Both the position numbers and the translations under genes were made by a program. DNA of 64,000 nucleotides from a bacterium (GTDB taxonomy: Bacteria > Zhuqueibacterota > Zhuqueibacteria > Zhuqueibacterales > Geothermadaptataceae): assembly GCA_024275575.1 (NCBI GenBank), contig JAJRYV010000130.1, positions 60,565 to 124,564 of the forward strand, in the 5' to 3' direction. How positions within the stretch are numbered: position 1 is the stretch's first letter; every line of letters begins with the position of its first letter. A model generated the notes under the pieces. It ran no database searches and was not told where the DNA came from. It saw only the letters and a program-made list of their open reading frames with translations. This document shows positions 57,311 through 64,000 of this stretch, piece by piece.

Positions 57311-58210
57311 ATGTTCGAAAATATTCTTTTTTTAGAAAAAGATCAGCAATTACGAAAAACAGTATTTGAGATTTTGCAGAATAACGGGTACAATGTCATT
57401 TGTACCGAACGCATCAAACCGGCATGTGAAATCATTCGTGAAAGTAACGCCGATCTGGTGATCGCCGATATCAGGGGTGAACGTCAATCAGGATTTGAAA
57501 TCCTGCGCTGTCTGAATGAAATGCACCCGCCAATTCCCAGTATTCTGATTGTCAGAAAACATTATGATGAAACCGTTCTGCGTGCAATCAGGCTCGGCGT
57601 CTTTGATTTGCTCGTCGAGCCTCTGCGGCAAGATGACCTGTTGCAAACGATTAAAAGGGCGGAATATCTTTTCTATGCAACACGGCTTAAATCCGGTTTC
57701 CCCAATTTGGTAAAAAATATGACTATAAATTTGGAGTTTAGCTCAAAAGATTTTCAGCTTGATGAAATTCAGAAAGTTTTTCAGGATACCTTGCTTGATT
57801 ATTCAAAATTTTCGCCGGATGATTTTCTGACCATCTGGCTTGGTGTCGAAGAGGCTTTGCTCAACGCCCTGGAGCATGGTAATCTTGAATTGAAATCGAG
57901 CTGGAAAGATGAGCTTTTGGGCGGCGTTGAATTCTCGAAGTTTGAAGAAGTGCGCAAGGAACGACTGGCTGATCCATTCTTTGGCGAACGCAAAATCAAA
58001 ATGGAAATTGAGATGAAAAATGGACAATTGCAAATTACAATTGAAGATGAGGGGCCGGGGTTTGAGAATCGTGGACCCGGGTTAGACGCATCGCACGATG
58101 TCTACGGCCGTGGGCTGTCGATCATCGATAATATTATGGATTCGATGGAGTTTAATGAAAAGGGTAACCGCATCGTCATGCGCAAGGCTTTTGGATGGAA
58201 TAAAAAATGA
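57311..58210 (+). CDS. Degenerate receiver fused to an RsbW/SpoIIAB-like GHKL serine-kinase domain (paralogue of 56211..57131)
   Basis: Same architecture. 'GVEEALLNALEHGNLEL', 'ITIEDEGPGF', 'VYGRGLSIIDNIMDSMEFNEKGNRIVMRK' are colinear with the upstream paralogue. Confidence 0.7.
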   Translation: MFENILFLEKDQQLRKTVFEILQNNGYNVICTERIKPACEIIRESNADLVIADIRGERQSGFEILRCLNEMHPPIPSILIVRKHYDETVLRAIRLGVFDLLVEPLRQDDLLQTIKRAEYLFYATRLKSGFPNLVKNMTINLEFSSKDFQLDEIQKVFQDTLLDYSKFSPDDFLTIWLGVEEALLNALEHGNLELKSSWKDELLGGVEFSKFEEVRKERLADPFFGERKIKMEIEMKNGQLQITIEDEGPGFENRGPGLDASHDVYGRGLSIIDNIMDSMEFNEKGNRIVMRKAFGWNKK

Positions 58211-58262
58211 GATGTGGCGGCCACAGCAGGCCTGGATGGTGCAGCCGGTCTCTCGCAAAGGT

Positions 58263-59945
58263 TTACTTTGCCGTCAAATAGGATTGTCGTAAAGCCTGCA
58301 ATTCAGCTTTTTTCAGTGCTTCATCCCAGCCCAGTTCCGCAGCCATAATTTCAGCACATTTTTCTGCTGCCGCATCCCCCGGATAACCGCCGGAACCGAG
58401 TTCGGTACGCCGCTTGACGACATCGACGAGACGCTGTGCCATTTCACGGCGTATGCCGTGAATGATCTCTGCCTGTAATACTTTCGAAGCCGCATCAACA
58501 GGCGCTTTCCAGTCTTCATTTTCATCGATGAGTTGCAGTACCTCCGGATAAGCTGTGCCGAAATTGAGAATGAGATGCTCAACAAAATCTGCACTCAGTC
58601 CCCAGGGCCTTTTCTTGCATTCTGTCTGCAGATAGGCCTTGAAATTTTCGATCTCGCCACCGCTGATTTTTGTGGTCTCTGTTTTTGAACGGTTATGTTT
58701 TTTAAGTTTTTTTGCCAGCAGATTCACGGCTTTTGCCGCTACGTCGCGGGCGGTTGTGTATTTTACTCCCAGCACGCTGAGGAGCCCTTCAAGCCCGTTT
58801 TCCGCCTGATGATCGAGCAGCTTGTAATGCTTGGTCAATTTGACATCATGCTCGGACAGCACTTCGCCCTCGTTATCCATGGGCAGCAAGCCGCCATAAT
58901 GATAAACCACCTCCTCGCGTTTTATAGCCATCGCCGGGTAGGCCTGGTTGAACTCATCGAGAAAAGTCGTGACATCGGTTTCGGAAATGGCAAAATCATC
59001 GGTCTCGCCGCTATACGGCACGTGTGTCGTGCCGATGAGTGTGTAGTTTCGCCAAGGAGTAAAAAACAGCAGGCGTGAGCCTTTGCTGATCACTGCATCT
59101 GCATCTTTAAATTCAAATTTGCTTGGAATGCCGGCGGCAAATGTATCGGTGAGACGCCGGTTGACGACGAGATTCATCGCTTTGGAAAGGCGGAATTGCT
59201 CAGCCGGCTGGTGACCGTTGAGCTGGCCGAGCACGTTATTGATCCACGGGCCGGAGGTATTCAAAACAATTTTGCTGCGAACTTCATATGGCTCACCACT
59301 AAAAATATCGTGAATTTTCACGCCGCGGATTTTATTTCCTGCAGTGATAAACCCGCTCACCCGGGTATAGTTGGCGGCTTCGGCGCCCAGCTCAACCGCC
59401 GATTTGATCACCGAAATGAGCATGCGTTCCGAGTTGTAAACCTGACAATCGTACCAGACCGCCCCGCCGGTGAGATTGGTTTCGTCCAGACCGGGCAGAA
59501 TTTCCAGCAATTCTTTTTTAGAAATCGCCTTGCCGCTGGGCAATATTTTTTGCGCGTCGCAGCCGCGATTTCGATCGAAACCGATGATATCATTCATCAG
59601 CATGGCGATACGCATGATTTCCCTGCCTTTGACGCCGTGGCCGTAAGTCGGCATGACGCAGGGCAGAGGATGCACAAACTGCGGCGCGATACGCATCAAC
59701 ACTTTGCGTTCGTGGATCGATTCGCGCATGCGTTTGATATCGAGATGCTGCAGATAGCGCAAGCCGCCGTGAATGATTTTCAGACTATTGGATGAAGTCG
59801 CGCCACCGAAATCATTTTGCTCGATCAATACTGCAGAAAGGCCACGCAGCGTGGCATCCCAAAGCGCCCAGGCGCCGTAAATGCCGCCACCGATGATAGC
59901 GACATCATATTCGCCGGAGGTAAGTTTCTTTAAATCTCTGATCAT
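58263..59945 (-). CDS. glpD: FAD-dependent glycerol-3-phosphate dehydrogenase/oxidase (GlpD-like)
   Basis: 'YDVAIIGGGIYGAWALWDATLRGLSAVLIEQNDFGGATSSNSLKIIHGGLRYL' plus a C-terminal helical domain; 560 aa. Confidence 0.8.
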   Translation of the reverse strand: MIRDLKKLTSGEYDVAIIGGGIYGAWALWDATLRGLSAVLIEQNDFGGATSSNSLKIIHGGLRYLQHLDIKRMRESIHERKVLMRIAPQFVHPLPCVMPTYGHGVKGREIMRIAMLMNDIIGFDRNRGCDAQKILPSGKAISKKELLEILPGLDETNLTGGAVWYDCQVYNSERMLISVIKSAVELGAEAANYTRVSGFITAGNKIRGVKIHDIFSGEPYEVRSKIVLNTSGPWINNVLGQLNGHQPAEQFRLSKAMNLVVNRRLTDTFAAGIPSKFEFKDADAVISKGSRLLFFTPWRNYTLIGTTHVPYSGETDDFAISETDVTTFLDEFNQAYPAMAIKREEVVYHYGGLLPMDNEGEVLSEHDVKLTKHYKLLDHQAENGLEGLLSVLGVKYTTARDVAAKAVNLLAKKLKKHNRSKTETTKISGGEIENFKAYLQTECKKRPWGLSADFVEHLILNFGTAYPEVLQLIDENEDWKAPVDAASKVLQAEIIHGIRREMAQRLVDVVKRRTELGSGGYPGDAAAEKCAEIMAAELGWDEALKKAELQALRQSYLTAK

Positions 59946-59965
59946 TTTTTTTGCAGGTTTGATTA

Positions 59966-60802
59966 TTAAGGATTTTTAGTCGAAAAAGCCATGATGTGCC
60001 AGCCCAGCGGTTTGACGAGAAATGTGGGAAGAATTTTGAACGCAGGCACGAACAAGCCATTGAACAGCGCGCCTTTCCAGCCTTTGTGCAACCGGCTTTT
60101 CACCGGAAAACGTTCAGGTACGATTTTCGTGGCCTCGAAGGGCTGCAGAATGTCGCGCAGCTCGTTGATGGTGTATTTTTCCAGCACCGGTGCGTCTTCG
60201 TGTTCGAGATCGACTTTCATGATTTTTGACAGTGCGTTGAGCCAGGAAATACGATTATAGACCATGGAAATCGCCTCACCGCCCGGTTTGAGTACACGGT
60301 ACATTTCTTTGGCCATCTCGTGCGGATCGGTGGTGTATTGCAGCACGCCGTGCACGTAGACCACATCGAATGAATCTGTCGGGAAATCGAGATTTTCGCC
60401 GTTCATCAGCAGGAAATTGCCTTCGAGATTACGGGCTGCGAAGTTTTTCCGCGCCAGATCAATAGCGGTTTCGGAGAGATCGACACCGGTGACCTGCGCC
60501 TCGCCGGCAGCGAAACGCGCCAGATCGATGCCGACGCCGCAGCCGATTTCGAGGATGCTCCTGTTTTTGTAACCATTATTAAAATCGATGAGTTTGGGCA
60601 GGTAATTCAATTTGTCGAAGCGATATTCATCGAGATCGTCAAAAAAACCGAGGGTGCCCACCGGGTGTTTTGCGAGCTCGAGATCGTGGATGTGCTTATT
60701 CCAGTAAAGCCGGACTTCTTCGAGTTTGCCGCTAAGACGCAGAGGCGTTGTTTTGACTGTTCCGTTGGTTGCGGTTTTTTCGGGTGCAATTGCCGTTTTC
60801 AA
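59966..60802 (-). CDS. Class I SAM-dependent methyltransferase
   Basis: Motif I 'ILEIGCGVGIDLA', 'VTGVDLSETAIDLARKNF', 'FDVVYVHGVLQY', 'LKPGGEAI'. TTG start with AGGAG 8 nt upstream. Confidence 0.75.
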   Translation of the reverse strand: MKTAIAPEKTATNGTVKTTPLRLSGKLEEVRLYWNKHIHDLELAKHPVGTLGFFDDLDEYRFDKLNYLPKLIDFNNGYKNRSILEIGCGVGIDLARFAAGEAQVTGVDLSETAIDLARKNFAARNLEGNFLLMNGENLDFPTDSFDVVYVHGVLQYTTDPHEMAKEMYRVLKPGGEAISMVYNRISWLNALSKIMKVDLEHEDAPVLEKYTINELRDILQPFEATKIVPERFPVKSRLHKGWKGALFNGLFVPAFKILPTFLVKPLGWHIMAFSTKNP

Positions 60803-61270
60803 GGGGTGCTCCTGTTTTTGTCAGATCGTGTAGTGCTCTGTTGATATTCAAATTATCGGTTAAAATTTCAAACTGTACAGCCGTAGTCGGTGATAGGGCA
60901 GGTGGGCTCCCCACCCACTGCCAAAGGGAAAATCGGACGCGTGCAATCGATCATGACAGGGAACCAAAGTTTGAACCCGAGAGAAACGAAGAAATAAACA
61001 AAATAACGCAGATTCGAAAATGCAGTCAAAGATGACTTCTTTGTTTTTTCATGCTGGTTCACTGGCGGGAATGTACCATGAATTAGCATTGACTGCGGAA
61101 GAAATTTTTAATCGTGAAAAGGTTGTAAGAAAAGGACTCGCTTATTGGGTTTTTGCGACCCAATACTCCACTTTTCGCATAGAGTGGAGATGTCCCGCCG
61201 AATGTTACGCTTGATATATTTCCGGGGGAATTGTGATTTTCCGGTCAGATTCCCGGGATATCCACCAGCT

Positions 61271-61480
61271 TCAACGCTTCGACAGCCGCACATTCACAGC
61301 CCGGTCGCCGCGCATCTCACGCTTGACGTCAAAACCGACGCGTTGGCCCTCACGCAGGCGCTTACCCGGCACCGTGGGTTCGATATCACCGGGCTGCACA
61401 AAATAATCCATGTCATCGTCTCCTTCGATAAAACCAAAATTTTTTACGCTGTCCCACATTTTAACAACGCCGTACTGCAT
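61271..61480 (-). CDS. Cold-shock-domain protein
   Basis: 69 aa. 'GVVKMWDSVKNFGFIEGDDDMDYFV' carries the RNP1-like (NFGFI) and RNP2-like (YFV) motifs of the CspA family. Confidence 0.8.
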   Translation of the reverse strand: MQYGVVKMWDSVKNFGFIEGDDDMDYFVQPGDIEPTVPGKRLREGQRVGFDVKREMRGDRAVNVRLSKR

Positions 61481-61504
61481 TTCTTCTCCTTTTGAAATTG
61501 GTTG

Positions 61505-61897
61505 TTAGATTTCCAGATCATCCTGTGGCAGGGTGAATGTGTCGCGCATGATGACGAGGATAGCCGACTGCGGCAGGATGAGGTATCTTTTTTGCTCCCA
61601 CTGGATTTCGACTGCAGACTTTTTGAGAAAAAGTGCGTAGTCACCATTTTCGACTTGCATAGGTAGATATTTTGGAGCGTTTTGCGAGTTTTGCCAGGGT
61701 TCATCACCATCGCTGCCGGGGTCGGCAAGTGGAATGCCCGGACCCACATCTGCGACCCAGCCGCCCTGTACCTGCTCTTTTTCGGTAACGCTTTGCGGCA
61801 AGTAAAGTCCCACCTGCGTGCGCTGTTCTTTATCGTCGGGTTCGATTAAAACCCGGTCTCCGATGACGATGAGTTTTTTATGTTGCGGTGATTGCAT
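61505..61897 (-). CDS. GroES/Cpn10-fold protein with an inserted loop, not linked to groEL
   Basis: 'LIVIGDRVLIEPDDKEQRTQVGLYLPQSVTEKEQVQGGWVADVGPG...VENGDYALFLK...YLILPQSAILVIM' is colinear with GroES. A ~20-aa insert 'ADPGSDGDEPWQNSQNAPKY' brings it to 130 aa, against ~95 for GroES. Confidence 0.6.
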   Translation of the reverse strand: MQSPQHKKLIVIGDRVLIEPDDKEQRTQVGLYLPQSVTEKEQVQGGWVADVGPGIPLADPGSDGDEPWQNSQNAPKYLPMQVENGDYALFLKKSAVEIQWEQKRYLILPQSAILVIMRDTFTLPQDDLEI

Positions 61898-62164
61898 GTA
61901 TTCTCCAACAGGAATTAGTCGAATAATTTAAACCACAAAATGTACGATAAATTCTATTGATTTGCAATTTTTTTAAATAGAGAATTTTTATTCGATGGTT
62001 ATCTGAAAAAAATGATACCATCATAACAATTCTTCAACATGTTCAAGAAAGCCGTGTTTTATCCGAATTCAACCATAGCTATTTACCTGTTCCAGGCCAA
62101 TCTCTGCTGACCTAAAAGGTTGTCAACCCACCCACCGTCAGTCTAAAACTCAAGGAGAACAAGC

Positions 62165-64000
62165 ATGCGTTTGCGACGACTTTTTTTTATCCCTTTTCTT
62201 TTGATATTATTACCGCAAATGACTTTTTCCCAAACAACCTACCCCGATCACTGGTGGACGACCATGCCGACAAACGATGGCGGTTCGCGCCTTGCCGTAC
62301 CATGCGGTGTGCTCGATCCGCAGCTCGAAAAACTGACGCAACCCGGGCCCTCGCCGATCCGGGCGGCGACTTTGGCTGAGCAAAAAAAGCAGCTTATCCC
62401 CATCATCTGGCACATTGTCACAGACCGCGAGGGTTACGGCATGCTTAGCCGGGCGCAGTTACAGGAGCAGGTCAATATGTTCAACGCGGCTTTTGCCGAA
62501 ACAGGCTTGGTTTTTTTCATCCGCGATGTGCGGGTAGCGAAAAATGATGCCTGGTTCCGTGATCCCATGGGTTATCAGGTGGCGATGAAAAATGCGCTGG
62601 CTGTCGACCCAGCGTTTAATCTCAATATTTATACCGCGGGTTTTTTCGATGGCGGCAGCAATGGCCCGGTGGGTTTTGCCATCATCCCGTGGGCTGAAGA
62701 TGAAGCCGACCCGATTCACGGCATCATGCTCAGCTTTCAAACCTTGCCTGCCGTTCCCGCCTTTGGGCAAAAACTGGGCAGCGTCGGTATACACGAAGTC
62801 GGCCACTATTTCGGTTTGCTGCACACTTTTGAAGAAGGCTGCATCAACGGCCCCGATGTCGGCGACCTGGTGCAGGACACACCCGCACAGGAGGACGGCT
62901 TCAATATCTATCTTTGCGACGATTCGCTCGATTCCTGCCCGGACGATCCAGGCTTTGATCCGGTACACAATTATATGAATTACACCGGTGAAGACTGCCG
63001 CGACGAGTTCACTCTCGGACAGATAACCCGTATGCAATGGGCTTTACAAAAATATCGCCCCAGCCTCGGCATTCCGGTGAACAGCGGTGTGACCGCATTG
63101 GCCGATCTGCATGCAATGGATAGCAATGGCGACTATGTGCACGCCGATACTGCCTTTACGGTGCAAGCTGTGGTCAATGGTTTCGACCGAACCAGGGGCC
63201 TGGTTTTTCTGCAGGATTCTACCGCCGGTATCGCGATTTCAGACAGTACAGCATTAGCCGACTGGCAAACCGGTGATTTCGTCAGGTTCTCCGGTGTGTT
63301 GACAGCAAAACATGGGCTCGCTACCCTCACCGGCATTGCCAGCGTCGAAAAAATCGGCGATGGTTTTTCTCCGCTATTCACCAACGCCTCGATAGATATG
63401 CTGACCAACGGTCTGCTTGCCGAAGCGTTTGAATCCCGCTTGCTCAAACTCAAAAATGTGAGCATCACCGACCCGCAAAACTGGCATGGTGACGGTTCAC
63501 GTTTTCAGGTGCAGGTCACGGACGGTTTCTCGTTTTTTCCCGTGCTCATCGATGCGGGCACAGCGCTTTCGGCCAGCGCCCTGCCGGCCGGCGACACTTT
63601 CGATATCTTCGGCGTCATTACGCAGGAGGATACGACTGCGCCGTTTCTTGAAAATTTCCAACTCTTGCCGCAAACAGCCGGTGATTTTATCGGCAAATTC
63701 CTGCTCTCCGGCACGGTTACGGATGAAAGCAGCGGCCTTGGCCTCAGCTTCGCCTCGGTGCAAATCGCCGGCGGTACTACTTACACCGATGCAGACGGCA
63801 ACTACTCCATCGCCTTGCCGAACGGCAATTACACCGTTACCTTTAGCAGTTTTCAGTATCAGGACGCTGAATTTCATGTTGCCATCGATGGCGCCGGCGC
63901 CACACTCGACGGCCAGTTGCTGCCGCTCACTGCCGGCACGGCTTACAGCACCAGTTTCGAAACCGGCCAGGACAGCGGTCACGTGCGGCTCGGTTTCCCC
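62165..64000 (+). CDS. Secreted zinc metalloprotease of the pappalysin/M43 type with C-terminal beta-sandwich (CarboxypepD_reg-like) domains; the 3' end lies outside the window
   Basis: This ORF is not in the supplied track because it has no stop in the window. The ATG at 62165 has AGGAG at 62153-62157, and 612 codons are open to nt 64000. Signal peptide 'MRLRRLFFIPFLLILLPQMTFSQ'. Zinc motif 'HEVGHYFGLLHTF' starts at 62792. A Cys-rich region 'YLCDDSLDSCPDDPGFDPVHNYMNYTGEDC' follows. Near the end, 'LSGTVTDESSGLGLSFASVQIAGGTTYTDADGNYSIALPNGNYTVTF'. Confidence 0.8.
   Translation, partial: MRLRRLFFIPFLLILLPQMTFSQTTYPDHWWTTMPTNDGGSRLAVPCGVLDPQLEKLTQPGPSPIRAATLAEQKKQLIPIIWHIVTDREGYGMLSRAQLQEQVNMFNAAFAETGLVFFIRDVRVAKNDAWFRDPMGYQVAMKNALAVDPAFNLNIYTAGFFDGGSNGPVGFAIIPWAEDEADPIHGIMLSFQTLPAVPAFGQKLGSVGIHEVGHYFGLLHTFEEGCINGPDVGDLVQDTPAQEDGFNIYLCDDSLDSCPDDPGFDPVHNYMNYTGEDCRDEFTLGQITRMQWALQKYRPSLGIPVNSGVTALADLHAMDSNGDYVHADTAFTVQAVVNGFDRTRGLVFLQDSTAGIAISDSTALADWQTGDFVRFSGVLTAKHGLATLTGIASVEKIGDGFSPLFTNASIDMLTNGLLAEAFESRLLKLKNVSITDPQNWHGDGSRFQVQVTDGFSFFPVLIDAGTALSASALPAGDTFDIFGVITQEDTTAPFLENFQLLPQTAGDFIGKFLLSGTVTDESSGLGLSFASVQIAGGTTYTDADGNYSIALPNGNYTVTFSSFQYQDAEFHVAIDGAGATLDGQLLPLTAGTAYSTSFETGQDSGHVRLGFP

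Noticed and set aside
59196-59795. 199-aa plus-strand ORF inside the glpD-like gene
   Set aside because: It is antisense to a well-supported FAD dehydrogenase.
61898-62164. CIRCE (HrcA) operator upstream of the GroES-like gene
   Set aside because: No TTAGCACTC-N9-GAGTGCTAA-like inverted repeat is present on either strand.
62210-63982. Five track ORFs (62210..62413, 62459..63037, 62592..62978, 63133..63468, 63497..63982)
   Set aside because: All overlap the long open-ended M43 protease frame, which has clear signal-peptide, zinc-motif and domain evidence.
1-64000. Searched by eye for CRISPR arrays, tRNA/rRNA/tmRNA genes, transposases, integrases, phage genes, toxin-antitoxin pairs and defence-island genes
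   Set aside because: I found no regularly spaced direct repeats, no cloverleaf with an acceptor stem, and no ORF with recombinase, nuclease or defence signatures. The non-housekeeping content is an EPS locus and a che operon.

Overview
This looks like a chromosomal segment from an unidentified, moderate-GC, Gram-negative-type bacterium. Gene content and the style of the hairpin repeats hint at an uncultivated FCB-group/Calditrichota-like lineage, but that is only a guess. A housekeeping backbone is interleaved with two large functional islands. Contents from left to right: (1) 0-6 kb: the tail of an M20 peptidase gene, a 1349-aa propeller/Y_Y_Y hybrid histidine kinase, and glnA. (2) 6.5-24.1 kb: a 15-gene, single-strand exopolysaccharide locus. 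It has a priming sugar transferase, a Wza-like OPX protein, a split PCP plus BY-kinase, an epimerase, two NodB deacetylases, a FemAB/GNAT-like gene, GT2 and GT4 transferases and a kinase-fold protein. A STAS-domain protein sits between the PCP and its kinase. (3) A multi-TM multihaem cytochrome c / TPR fusion, then carAB. (4) A complete minus-strand histidine operon, hisZ-G-D-C-B-H-A-F-IE. hisC carries a 1-nt homopolymer frameshift that the ORF track hides. (5) purL, then a small decayed patch with an mlaE remnant, a frameshifted glycosyltransferase and hairpin repeats. (6) 45.8-58.2 kb: a 12.4-kb, 11-gene chemosensory operon. It encodes a divergent soluble MCP-like protein, STAS, CheY, CheA-CheW-CheW-REC, CheW, a PAS-MCP, CheY, CheB and CheR. 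It ends in two paralogous fusions of a degenerate receiver to an RsbW-like GHKL kinase. This is a Che pathway wired to partner-switching parts, and it is the most interesting feature in the window. (7) A GlpD-like dehydrogenase, a methyltransferase, csp, an orphan GroES-like gene, and an M43 metalloprotease that runs off the right edge and is absent from the ORF track. I recognised no rRNA, tRNA, CRISPR, transposase, integrase or phage genes. Track coordinates include stop codons. Several starts are TTG/GTG and remain uncertain.
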